Shown here in pieces: positions 22,890-35,300 of a DNA stretch of 64,000 nt. The stretch covers positions 868,001-932,000 of the forward strand of contig OZ374565.1 of NCBI GenBank assembly GCA_977862235.1. Direction: 5' to 3'. This stretch comes from Dudresnaya verticillata (Eukaryota). The translations under genes were made by a program, and so were the position numbers. A model generated the notes under the pieces. It saw nothing but the letters and a program-made list of their open reading frames with translations, did not search any database and had not been told where the DNA came from. The number at the start of each line of letters is the position of its first letter. Positions within the stretch are counted from its first letter, which is position 1.

Positions 22890-25129
22890 CCAAGCCCTCT
22901 AAGTGGAACCACTCAGTGGAATGGGGTACGTTCCACTTATTGAGAGGTTTCAGTTGGCTGGAGGCATACAGTACAAGTGTGTCACATTTATTTGAAGAAT
23001 TGATCAACGCGGGTTTGTCGCATGCGCAGTCCTTTCTCGACACGTAGCTCGCCCTGTAGATTCCTCAGGCCTCTGAACAACTTGTTATCTTCCCCTTGAC
23101 GAGCACCGACAATGCACTTCACACGAGCGATGGCAGCGAATTGCTCCTGTAATGAACCAAGGTGGGTAGGCTCGGTTGGTTCCTCAACGCTGATCTCATC
23201 GGTAGCACGTCCCCCCGAACCCCTGCATTGACCACTGAGTCCACCATGTCCATCTCAGTTGTAACCTGTGTGACCTCCATCTCGTCTTCCCAGCACAAAA
23301 GATCCGATATAGGAATGCGCCTGTGCTCGGGCACTACGGAAGAAATTGAAGAATTAACATCCTCCGCCTCGAAGTTCGGCTCTTCTGTGCACTGTACAGC
23401 TCCCTCCATTGTGCTAGTTACATTCGATCCCATCAAAACAGTTGTACGCCAACAATTCGAAATTGTTTCGGCCGTGATTTCCTTCCATACATCCGTAAGC
23501 CACCTCATTGCAGAAAGTATGTCCACTTTGTAAATTTCCCCAGCCCCGATGTCTGCTAAATCTACGGCGTATTCCATTTGACGCCGTCTATAGCGGAGTT
23601 TCATTGCTGCAATAATTCCGGCGTCGAGAGGCTGCAGTCGACTTGTTGTGTTGGGAGGAAGGAATTGCACAGAAAAGTTCTGTAGTGACGGCAGAGAATC
23701 AATGGAACCATGAGCAGAGCAATTGTCCATCAAGAGCAGGACGTGTCTACTCGGAGTTTTTCGAACGTGGGCGTCAAATGCGAACAACCAATCAGTAAAA
23801 AGCACAGATGTCATCCATGCCTTCTTGTTGCTCTTGTAGCTCAGGCCCAACTCTTCTGGTTTTTTTCTTTTTGAAACATCTCGGTGACGTTGCAGTACCA
23901 ATAAGGAACAATGGCACCTTTTCTGAGCCATCTGCGTTACAGCAGCACATAAACGTGAACCTAGACTTTTGTTTCTTGCGGCCAGAGACAGAGCAGCTGG
24001 CTATGGTTCTGTCTGGTGCCATTTTCCAAAACAATCCCGACTCATCGCAGTTGAATACATCTTTTCGACTGTATTGTCTGACTTTGTCCTGCAGTGATGG
24101 GAGGTCTCTCGATACCGTGTCCTCGGATACGTCACCACTTTCGCCATGCAGAAGAAAAGAACGTAGTTTCCAACGTTGTTTAAAGCGTGCTATCCATCCA
24201 TCAAAGAACTTCATATTTTTCTTCTGGCCTTCTGTGACTTGTTCATTTGCCAAAGAAGCTAAACGCCGCGCTTTCTCCTGAATCATCACACCCGAAATGC
24301 AGCGCCTGTTGTGACTCATGTCACAAATCCAGGCATAGATGGAGTTGTCAAGCTCTGTATGTCGTGGGCTAGAGCAATGGAACATGTTTTCTGAAGTCGA
24401 TTCGGTGTCTTGCGGGGCAGAGGCGTTGATAATCCGTGACATAATGGCTTTCCCCGGCAATTTCCGCAGCCCGTACTGGACTTGGCCCACTCCGCCAGGG
24501 CCGCATGTGTTGCTTTGCGGCCATCACTCAGGCGAGCGTTACGTTCCTTCACAATGCCGCGCTTTTGCGCTAGGGACAGACTTTGAAGTGGCATGGAGGC
24601 CTCGGTTGATTATGGGGACGAGGATCGCTCGCAAGGAATGGGGAGAAGTAAAGCATGCGGACACTTTGCTTTGAGGCTCTATCCATTGTGGGATTTTATC
24701 ACAAGCAGCCCTCATGAACGTAACCGTCAAGCAGGACCAACTTGGTCCGTTACGACACTTCATTGTGTTGCGTTGCACCCACTTAGTCCGTTACGATACT
24801 TCGTTGTGTTGCGTTGAATGCAAGACAACGAAGTGTCGTAAGACGTTACGACGCAACACAACGACGTGCCGTGAGACGTTACGACGCAGCACATCTTAGT
24901 GTCGTAACGTCTCTGAAGGCTGCTTACAGTCTAAGAAAAGACTTTTATGTGTAATGTATGAGTATTTAGACTGAACTGAAGTCACCAAAACATGGTTCCA
25001 GTTAAGCAGAAATGGAACTTTCTTCTTTTTTAATTAAAATTTCGCATCCACGACCATGGTGGATTGGAATTGGTTCCAGTTACACGTAGGTTCCACTTGC
25101 AGCGGGTTCCACTTAGAGGGCTTTGACTG
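22890..25129 (-). mobile_element. pogo/Tigger-family DNA transposon
   Basis: TIRs: AAGCCCTCTAAGTGGAACC at 22892 and GGTTCCACTTAGAGGGCTTTGACTG ending at 25129. TA on both sides. The outer bases of the left TIR are slightly deleted. Confidence 0.9.
23119..24594 (-). pseudogene. pogo/Tigger (CENP-B-like, DDE_1) transposase, frameshifted
   Basis: ORFs 24316-24594, 23792-24490 and 23119-23931. HTH/CENP-B-type GWIARFKQRW, LHGESG. Catalytic motifs VFNCDESGLFW, LLLMDNCSAH, LQPLDAGII (33 residues between D2 and D3). Confidence 0.92.
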
Positions 25130-25712
25130 TATCGATCCGGACTAATCCCGATCGAATCCGGATTCGGGCCAGCCATGCGGATGCGCGAGGCTTACAGGCG
25201 CGTGCATTACACCTCTTGATCCCGATGTCTGATCTCGATGCGGGATCCCGATTGGATCCGGATCCGGGCCACGCTTACAGCGAACGTTCCCGCCACTGTG
25301 CCCACGCGCGCACGCGTGGCGCCGTACAGTGCTGCGGAGTCGGGCGTGCGGTTTGTACGCCAAATGAGCCGTTATGGGCCGGGTGGCCAGCGGCACGCGT
25401 CGGTGACGTCTTTGCGCCGCGGGCGGGTTGAGCGCGCCGTTGGTGGTCGCCCGTCGGTAGACGCAAACATATCAACCTGCTGAAATCGAAAAAGGGGGAC
25501 CCCCCTGGCACTACAGTGCGAGTCGGATTGCTCCCGAATCCTGATTTTGAACGCCGTTGGCGGCGAAACGCCGAGGGCGGTAGAGGTCCGTCCGAGATTG
25601 TATGACTGCGCGTAGGGAGGTATTGAGGTCGGTACTATATCCTGAACTTTCGTTCAGGATATAGTACCGCTGCAGTCCTGCTGCATCTGCACCCGGTGCC
25701 GTTGCCTTTCTT

Positions 25713-26160
25713 CTACTTCTCCCCGTACTCCAGGCACAGACGCTCTCGCTCGAGGTCGAGGCACTCCATGCCGAAATCCACATGAGCCATCTCCGCGTCG
25801 TGAATCGACTTGGAAAATATATCCAAGTCGGCCTCAAAGCGCTCCCCATGGTTGACCATCCTGCGCTTCTTGCGATCGGATCCATTCACCACCTCAACGA
25901 CCTCACCATCCGACTCTTCCGTTGCACGCCGTCCCCGCGCTATCGCCATACGCACAATAACCGCAGCAGCCCGCAGCTTTCTCTCCTCCCTCTCCTTGCG
26001 CTCCACCTTCTACAGCTTGTCTTCCGCCTCTTTCGTGCGCGTCATTCATCATCGCCAACCGCTCGTCCGCCTCCCCGACCTCCCCACCGATGCCCGAAAT
26101 GTGGCTCTCCCTGCTGTCCTTCTTATCGTAGTCCTTCTACAGGTGTGTAAATAGTAGAAT
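25713..26160 (-). pseudogene. C-terminal half of a Harbinger-type Myb/SANT-like protein
   Basis: FTHL*KDYDKKDSRESHISGIGGE (end of a Myb/SANT-like domain, 'SG' motif) followed by a charged coiled-coil similar to 40904-41635. Confidence 0.6.
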
Positions 26161-26163
26161 GGC

Positions 26164-26920
26164 TGTGCTGTAGTGAAAACCCACGAACTCCGTAACGGAC
26201 AGCTGGCCTAACTTTCCTACACGGGACGAGAGCGACACTACCTCCACGGGGTGGTAGAGCAGTTCGCACCGAGACGGGAGAACAGCGAGCGGCTAACCGA
26301 AACGGGTATTGGGAAGCAACAGACAAGGGGGTGGCACAAGTGCCGGGACGGACTCCGTAACGGTGGTGGTGGTAGACCGCAACGGGCTTGGCGCGGGGAA
26401 AACCGTAAAGGAAAGAGCTACAGTGGGATTGAGGCTCAAGGGTTGCTTGCCCGTTTACCTTAGGAGTCGCTGCGGTGCCGCTCTGATATACAAGTCAGGG
26501 TGGCACCGAGCGGTCCGGTCCGTGGGGGCCAGACCCTAGTGGTCTGGTCCTATGGTGGAATCGGCCCTGCTGGTCCCAATCTCCGACACGGACATGCGCA
26601 GCATTCTCATTGACTGGCGCGCTACTCTACACACTGTACACAGACTCACTAAAAATAAAGAACAAATACTACAAATACTCCGCTACGGATGGTGCGCTCC
26701 ACTTACAGTACAGCGATCCAGAACAGTGCACAGTAATGCGCACACACCCGACACGGTTACAAGTTGCCAGATAATCAGCGTGGCGTATTGCCACATCACC
26801 CGTTACGGTTAGCTTGCCGTCGGCGTGCCGCATGCGCGGGGCCTGTGCCCGCCTTACAGCTTGATGCGAGTGGGCGTCTTACACCTTAATGCGCACACAT
26901 GACTTACAGTGCGCCAGCAC
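26164..26920. mobile_element. Solo LTR of family X (right end approximate)
   Basis: Inverted, uninterrupted copy of 1-387 + 18586-18776. Starts TGTGCTG; a possible end CAGCAC lies at 26920. No clear TSD. Confidence 0.8.
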
Positions 26921-26932
26921 TTCTGCTGCGGC

Positions 26933-27304
26933 TCATTCTTCGACAAGGTGGGTGTAGCGATCATGCACTGGCTTGCAGTCGACCTTCTCGGCGGAGAAGC
27001 ACGAGTTCCGATTGCTCGCGTCCGCAGCCTTCTGATACAGTAGCCTCTTGTTGCCATACGCGGCGATGTAGGCCTCGCTAGCCGCCACCTCGCGGAAGAT
27101 GACCACGTCTTGATCCTTGGAGAACTTTGGGCGACATCCCTTCTTGGATCTCGCCTGCTCAGCATCGGTTGCGAGCGGTGTCGGCGTGAGCGGCAGCGGG
27201 GTCGGCGTGAGCGGGGTCGGCGGGGTCGGCGTGAGCGTTGTGGTTGGCGCTGGAGCTGGTGGCGCTGTAGAGGCATGCCCTGTCTCTGCTTGAACTTGGG
27301 CCAT
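26933..27304 (-). pseudogene. N-terminal half of a Harbinger-type Myb/SANT-like protein
   Basis: Pro/Thr-rich N-terminus, then RPKFSKDQDVVIFREVAASEAYIAAYG..YQKAA...VHDRYTHL. Paralogous to RICRDEHNVPLMQEIIACGAH..CRDRFKLL at ~41.6 kb. Confidence 0.7.
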
Positions 27305-27721
27305 GGCGGTTGGGTGTAGTGGGGTACATCGCTCTGTGTAGAGGGCAAGCCGTGCACTTGGTGCCAGACTCGGCTCCAAAAGGGTGAGCAGGTTTGCGCA
27401 CGGGTCGTGACCAATCGGCCACTATTCCGCAAATACAGTCACAGCCATTTGCTCCTGGGAGCAAAGGGCTGTAAGTAATGTAATGTTTTCCTGAATTTAG
27501 TCACGAGCATTTGCAGAAATCTGCTACCGTAAACCCTCTATTAGAAAGTTTTGGCAGACAGATGTGGGATGATTTCTTCGGTATTTTCTAATCCCACATT
27601 GCGAGCCGAAATAAAAACACACGAGGCTTTGGCAAAACACTACAGTAGTTTATTCCGGTAGACTACAGTAGGAGACCCTACAGTACCCGCGAGAGCTCCT
27701 ACTCCAGCCAGGCAACAAAAC

Positions 27722-28823
27722 ATGCGGATCCGTGACGCTACCATTTCCAAGCACCGCGACCGCTCTACGGAGTCCATTCTGCTTGTGGCACGATTCCGCA
27801 GCACGGATCTGAGCAACGCCATGACCTGCTTCTTCCTGCGGGACGTGCTCTACGCCGAGGGAGAGCAGACGCTCAACCACGAGAGGCACCTGCGCATTAG
27901 CGCGATGCGCTTTGACCTTGACGCCATCGACGATATGGTCTGCCTGCAGCGCTTTCGCTTCCGCAAAAGCGAAATCTACCGTATCGTTCAGAAGATGGAG
28001 TGGCCTGCAGAGCGAAATGTCACTACCCGCCGCCGCTACCGCACAACTGCTGGGTTTTCTTTCTGTGTCCTGGCTCGCCGTCTTGGCACCATCTGCCGTT
28101 GGTGCGATCTGGAACTGGAGTTTGGAAGGCTGGCTGCTGCGCTGTCTGAGATATTCTACGAGGCTCTGGAGTTCATGTTCGACAAGTTTGGTGCGCTGGT
28201 TACCACGTTCAGGTCGTCCTTTCTGCAAGAGCGTGCGGAGATGTAAGGTGACGCTATTCATAATGCGGGTGCGGCTTTGGACTCATGCGTCGGGTTCATA
28301 GACGGAACCAGTCTCTACATCGCCCGTCCGTCGGGGCTTTCGCAGCGTGCCACATAAAACGGGCACAAGTGCCGAAACTGTACTGCCTGAAGATGCAGGC
28401 CGTGTGCACGCCGGATGGGTTCATCTTCCATATGTTCGGTCCGGAGGAGGGGCGTCGTCACGACATGACGCTGTTCCGCCACTCGGCCATCGAACACGAC
28501 CTCTCGACCTCCCTGCTCATCGACGGACGCCAGTTCTACATCTACGGCGATCCCACATACGCGTTGCGGTCGTATTTTCAGGTAGGATTCAAGGCGGCCC
28601 CGCTTTCCGAGGACCAGAAGGCATTCAACAAGAGCATGTCTCTAGTGCGGGTGTCGGTGCAATGGGCATTCAAGGACTTGAAGAAGTATTTCACGCACGT
28701 CGACGCGACGCGCAAGATGGTGCTGCCGAGGGTTCCCGTGTCGAAATCGTACTTCGTTTCCGCTGCTCTCTGGAACTGTCGAGCCTGTATGTACGGCTCG
28801 CAAAGCGCGCGATTCTTCAAGTG
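27722..28823 (+). pseudogene. PIF/Harbinger transposase, interrupted near its C-terminus by Gypsy-B (last codons at 40721-40765)
   Basis: CLQRFRFRK, CVGFIDGT, GPEEGRRHD, IYGDPTY, RVSVQWAF (catalytic E replaced by Q). In-frame TAA at 28244 plus a frameshift. FFK|CPAPSFAAYIATL* is restored across the TSD. Confidence 0.92.
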
Positions 28824-29498
28824 TGTGGTGAAGCGGCCGTTGCGGAGTGCGGACGACGGTTGAACCGACCCGCGCCCGGCGCACTGGTGAGCTGGCGCCA
28901 AAAGCCGAAGCGGAGTGCAGTGACACAGTAGCACTGTATGCCCTGCTGGAGTCTGCGCGCACCACCAATAGGAGTCGAGTAGTTGATTTATTTGTAATTA
29001 GGTAATTATAATCATGCTGTACAGTACGTAGTGTCAGCCGGCCAATAAGAATGCCGAGCATGTCCGCAACGGTGACCGGGACCAGTAGGGCCGGACCCAC
29101 CTGGGGGACCAGACCCATTGGGGTCTGGCCCACACGGACCGGACCGCGGGGCGTATCTCCCAGTATATTAATGGGTGGCCACCGCGAGTCCTACAGTAAA
29201 CGGGTACGCAACCCTGGGCAAAGTGACTTACCCTAAGCCTTACCCTCATACTCCTTTACGGTTTCCCCTCGCCAGCCCCGTGCACGGATTCCTCCTACCT
29301 CCGTCCCGGTGTAGCTGCCCTGGCACTGTACCGTCCCCCTTGTCTGTTGCGTCCCTTTACTCCTTACAGGTGTTGCCGCTCGAGGTACTCCCTTCGGTCT
29401 ACGAACTAAGCTCTACCACCCCGGTGCCGTGTGAGATCACTCCTTATTGGGATTGTCTGATCAGCTCTCCTTACAGGTGTGCCTTTCACTTCACCACA
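28824..29498 (+). repeat. 5' LTR of Gypsy-B
   Basis: TGTGGTGAAG...CTTCACCACA 10-bp inverted termini; direct repeat of 40046-40720. Confidence 0.97.
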
Positions 29499-29504
29499 TC
29501 TTTT

Positions 29505-29522
29505 TGGTCTCCCGACCTAGAA
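29505..29522 (+). other. Primer-binding site of Gypsy-B (probably tRNA-Tyr)
   Basis: TGGTCTCCCGACCTAGAA, 6 nt after the LTR. Confidence 0.88.
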
Positions 29523-29663
29523 AGGCAGTCAAGGTAGAAGAATCTCCGTTGGACTCCGCTTCGGTAGGAGATCAGCTTTGTGACAACTCCGTATTAGTGT
29601 AAAGGCAGGACAAGGCAAAACACTCGTTGACTCCATTTTGGTAACCTAAGAGTAGAAGAACAC

Positions 29664-32396
29664 ATGGACCCTACCGCATCGGATCAAGGTGAGGTGCCGT
29701 CGACCGCGAGATCACGCCGCGGTGACGACGACACCGTCCCGGAGGTACCCTCTACTGCGAGAGCACGCCGCAGTGAGCCCACCGAACCGGAGGTAGCTTC
29801 AGCTACGAGAACACGCCGTGGCGATGCTGCCGACCTGAACCCCGGTATGGAGAACCCCGAAGAACTCCTTAAAGGTGTAGCCAGTAAGCTCTCTAGATCC
29901 CGACCTGGTTCCGACACTTCCCGCAAGGGTGTATCCAAGCCAGGTGACTCCAATCGTGTCCATTGGATACTTTCGGAAGTCATCCCACGGGTGTTGGAGC
30001 ATCTCCGTATAGAGGTGCAACCCAACATGGTCAAGGAGGTTGAGACCACGCTCGCCGACACCGTTCCGGTTATTGTTAGCTCCTACCTGGAGAAACACCT
30101 TCCGGAGTTGGTACAGACGCTCATCCGTCAGGAGCGTCAGGCGTCGGAAATCGAGCAGATGCTCATCCCCGGACAACCCCTACCGGGACCCAAGGAGCAG
30201 CCCTTTTCTGGACCTACACCGATACGGAATAACTTCCCGGTCAAGGGAGAAACGACGTATATGCCAGAAATCCCCACTCAGGTGTTTCCGCCCGATCCGG
30301 TAAGGACAGCGGCAGCCCCTGGGTTACCTACCCAAACTCAATACACCGAATTAGATCCAACACACCAACCCCAACCGAATCGGAGTACGGTCCCTGGACC
30401 CGCAGAAGTGCCTGCGGGGGAACGTATCACCGTGCCGGTGGCTTCGCGTAGAGGCAGTGAGCACTCCGATGGTGACTCCAAGAGAAATCAAGACCGGAGT
30501 GGTAGAGACAGTGCTGACAGAAAGGCCAAGGACTCCCACTCCGATAAGGAACATGACCGTTCGCAACGGAGCAAACGCGCTTCGCGACGGGACAAAGAAC
30601 ACTCCGGTACGGAATCTGATGATAGCCAACACCGCAATAGGAAGAAGAATAAGCGCAAGTCGCGCCATAGGCGACGAAAAGGGCATGACTCCTCCCATTC
30701 CTCTGGCTCTGATACGAGCTACTCCGATACGGATAGGGACGAGCGGCGTCGGGCCAGAAAACGCGACGCCAAACACCGAGAGGTCGACAGGCCACTCCCA
30801 AAGGTGATCCGGCCCCTGAACGACAGGTTCGTGAAGGCGCTGGATTTCCGAACATACCGTCTGGAGAAAAGGAGTTCTTACTACAGCTCCAGCTTGTCCC
30901 AGAATATGGGACGTACCCGCAAAAAGCTGGAGGTGCAAATGAAGTCCCACTCCTTTAACGGTACAGACCCCATCACGGTCCTTGGATTTCTCGCGAAGTT
31001 CAAGGATGCGTGTAACATCAACTCCATTTCGGAAGGAACCGCACTGTGGTGTTTCCAGTTTTTCTTAAGTGGACAGGCTGAAGCTTTGCTTCAAGCCCGT
31101 CTCGCTGGTGGCACCATGGCGGTCGACGAGGAGCAAGCAGAGATGCTTCGCACCTATACCGAAGTGGTGAACTTTTTGCTAAGGACTTATGCTACCGATG
31201 AGGTGATTGCCGAAGTGTATTCGGACGTAACGTCGTTTCGACAAACGTCGGCCTTAACGGAAGAGCAATTCTCTAACCAACTTTGGACTAAGGCACTCCG
31301 ATGCGGTACAGTATTCTCCGACAGGTCCCTCAAGTCGCTGTTTGTGGAAGGACTCCTACCGGGAACGTGTCAGCAGATGCGCAATTATCTGGCAACACCC
31401 CCCCACATGGATTACCAAGCCATCACCCGCTACGCTAAAGGGCTCGGAGAATCCCATCGGGCAACCAGACGCAAACGAGCACTTCTCGTTTCAAGACGAG
31501 CGAATGTAGCGAGTATTAGACGTCGGATCGACCCGACGTGAAAACGGCCACTACAATTGTATGGATGTGACAGGTCGAGCACGTGGTCGCGATCGCTCCC
31601 ACGTCGGCATATCGTCAGCGACGCAATTTCGTGCAGCGGCTGGGCGTCGGTGCCCTTCGCCGTCAACGGCCGCTGCCCCAGGCTTGGTTAGCTGGGGGCT
31701 TGCCGCTCCCCAACTCCCACACCCGCTGAATCGGAGGAGCACGTTCTCGCTCTGGAAGGTGGCGCGGGTCGTAGCGCCGGCACCTCGTCGGGGGTTACGT
31801 TTACTACAGCGTACTCTTCCCCACCGAGTAGTGTCTACCCTACTCCGCCTCGGACTCCCAACCTTCGCCCACCAGCGCCACGGATGCCACCACCCCGGCA
31901 ACCCCGCTACGGACCGGCTGATAGCCGCTACGGCCCCGCCACACACCGTCAGGGAACCACCGGGCAGCATCCCAGCCATATTGGACACCCCCACGGCAAC
32001 ATGCCTCCCCGTCAAGGGCAGGGCAAACACCGTATTGGAAAACAATCCCCTGCTGCAGAGCATACGGATCACACCTCACCGGATGTCCGACGCCTCTATG
32101 GAAGCGGCTACTGTCGCTTGTGCCTTTCCCCGGACCATGTCATTTGTCCGTATCTGAGCGACACCGAAAAGGGTCCCCTGATGGAAGAGCGCGAGCGCAA
32201 CTATCAAGCGCTCCTCCTCAAGCGGCAGGCCTTTGCAAACTCCAATACGGGAAATCGTCCGCCGGGCAACTACCAGCAACGCCCAGCACGGGTGCTGACT
32301 GTCGATGGTGGTGCGGTTGGCGAGTCCCCAGCTGAAATGGAGGAGGAGGCACTCATGGCGCACCCCGACTCGGAAAACGTCGCAGGAGACGTGTAA
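29664..32396 (+). pseudogene. gag: Gypsy-B gag (625-aa ORF plus frameshifted C-terminal part)
   Basis: ORF 29664-31541 with capsid-like FNGTDPITVLGFLAKF. ORF 31884-32396 with Zn-knuckle-like CRLCLSPDHVIC. Confidence 0.88.
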
Positions 32397-35300
32397 GGGC
32401 ATCCCCGTCTCCTCAACGCGACGTGGTACGCCCACCAATACGGGCTTTGCCGGACTGTCAGTCCGCCACCATTACGGAGTACCCCCTTGATTTTGTTCCA
32501 GAAATCCCCCTTGAATTTCCACCACCCGGTGATTCTGTCTGTGTTCTACAGCGGCAGAATTACAAAATCCAGATTACCGTGGGAAGGAGTAATGACCTCA
32601 TGTTACCTCTCATCACCGTATCGGATTCTGGTGCTGGGCCAAATCTCATTAACGCCAGACGGCTTCCACGCCACTGGTTGTCCTTGATTCGCCCCGCTGT
32701 CAGTCCACCTCTACGGGATGCGTCCAATAGGTCGATACGCCGGCTTGGTGTCATTCAACGTTTTGTCCGTATCGGAGAATTGCGTACTCGAGTCCACTTC
32801 CTGGTGGTCGCGAACCTCGCTGCTCCGTGTATTCTGGGAACCAGTTTCATTGATCGCCATGTCAAGGCGATCCTCCCACCGGCACGGAAAGTTGTTTTTC
32901 ATCACCACTCTCCGGTCTCACTAATGGGACAAACCAGACACTCCAAAACGGTGGCTGCTTCTACTCTTCAGGGCCCCCTGTTTCATCCGCTTCGGTATCG
33001 CAAAAGCTCCGACTAGCAAAATCCCTTATTATCCCCCCTATGACCCAATCCCTTGCATTGGTCACCACTCCTACCGGTGGTTTGTGTTTTCTTCAAAACC
33101 ATCCCAAACCCATCCAAAAGCACCTCACCCTTATGGCTAACGCAGTTATGGATATAATCCCTAACAAACCCTTTAAGGTGTGGCTGACTAATTTTTCCCC
33201 CAAACCGGTGCGTTTACCCAAGTCTACCGTCCTGGGCCTCGCTACTGCTGCTCCCGCTGCCATACTTACCGTTAACGGTGTACCTCCATTTAAGGAGGGG
33301 GGAGGACATATTAATTCCTTTCCTACTCCTCCTAATGAAAGCAGCAAGGCTACACCCCAAGATGGATTGAAAAGAAACACCGTATCGGAATCAACTACAA
33401 CCCCTGACACCGATTGGAAAGATAACATCCATATTGGTGCCAAGGATGAAAAACTCCGCGCTAAGGTGGTTACACTCCTCGAGGAGTTCAGCACTATGTG
33501 GAACGGCGAGTTAGGAAATATAACTGCCGCGAAACACCGTATTGAATTAATGCCTGGTACCAAACCGGTGTATCAAGCACCATATCGGGCAGGACATAAA
33601 CAGCGCGAGCTGGAGAAGGCAGAAGTAGATCGTATGTTGTCCGCTAAGGTGATCGAGCCATCCGCTTCGGAGTGGGCCAGCCCTGTGGTCTTTGTTCCTA
33701 AAAAGGACGGCTCCATGCGGGTTTGTGTCGATTACAGGCGTCTTAACGCTGTCACCGTTCGGGATTCATACCCTTTACCCCGGATGGATGAATGTATCGA
33801 CTCCCTTGGAGAATCTACAGTATTCACCACGCTGGATTGTAATAGTGGCTACTGGCAAGTAGAGATCCCCGAGGAGGAGCGTGACAAAACTACCTTCACC
33901 AGTCATTATGGATTATACCGCTTCCGGAGAATGCCTTTTGGGCTCAAAAACGCACCGGCTACTTTCCAAACGGGCAGTTGACAGCATCCTATCTACGGTG
34001 AAATGGCAATTTGCCTTAGTCTACCTGGATGATGTGATTGTATATTCTAACACCGTCACGGAGCACTTCGAACACCTTAAGGAGGTCCTCACGCTACTCC
34101 GTTCCGCAGGTGTAACTCTGAAATTATCGAAGTGTGCCTTCTTCGACACTTCCGTACAGTATCTGGGCCACATAGTGCGTCCGGGCCAATTGGAAGTGGA
34201 ACGGAAGAATATTCTCGCCGTTAAGGAGGCTAAGCCACCTACAAACCAAACGGAGTTGCGCTCTTTTCTAGGGTTATGTAACGTCTATCGACGCTTCGTT
34301 CCTAATTTCGCACGCATTGCTTCGCCACTCAATAAGAAAACCGGCAAGGGTCTGGTATTCGAGTTTGGAACTCTCACCGAAACGGAGTTTAACGCCTTTG
34401 AGGAGTTAAAGAGACACCTAATCTCCCCTCCAATATTGGCTTTACCCCGTCATGGTTTCAAGTATACGTTGGATACCGACGCTTGTGATTACCAAGTTGG
34501 GTGTGTCCTTCTCCAGGAGCAACCTAGTGGAGATAATCTACCAGTGGGTTACTGGAGCCGAAGTCTAACCGATGCGGAGAAGAATTACACAAACACGGAA
34601 AAGGAGTGCCTTGCTGTCGTTTGGAGTATGCTAACGCTACGCCCCTACCTTTACGGTGAAAAGTTTATACTCCGTACGGATCACGACGCATTAAGCTGGA
34701 TATTGAGTCTAGCCGATGCGTCTGGACGCTTAGCAAGATGGCGCCTACGCCTATCGGAATTTGAGTTCGAGGTACAATACCGCACTGGAATCAAGCACCA
34801 ACTCGCAGACGGAATGTCGAGACTCCGAAAAGGTGGTGTTGACAAAGCCGAGTTGGATGAAGAAGTACCTTGCTTCGTTATGGAATCGACTCCTAATGGT
34901 GTAGTGCAACATGGTGTGCGACTAACCAATTGGAAACAGACCCAGCACCCTGATGCCGCAAGCAGCCTTGTCCTAGGCGTTGAAAGTGGAGACACCGAAA
35001 CGGATAATACGCCTGAAAAGGATACAGTACCATCCACTCCGCTCCGGCAAACGGTCATCCAACAAGAGGACATGCGCAATGAGACCCTTACCCGTGAGGA
35101 GTTCATATCCGCGCAAGCAACAGATAATTTCTGCAAGCTTAAAGCCGAATCGGTGGGATCCCCTGGATCACAATTTGACTACGACCGACATGGGTTTCTT
35201 GTGCGCAAGTCTGCCCTCGACGGCGCACTCCAAAAGGTGGTACCGCAACAGATGCGCGGCAGGGTCCTGTATCTTGCCCACTACACCTTGATGTCGGGAC

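Noticed and set aside
24749..24909. CRISPR-like repeat array
   Set aside because: Units are degenerate, partly inverted, lack unique spacers and lie in a eukaryotic transposon; no cas genes.
27441..27472. 15-bp-stem hairpin between the Myb-like ORF and the Harbinger transposase
   Set aside because: Real but short, with no second copy or TSD to tie it to an element end; function unsupported.
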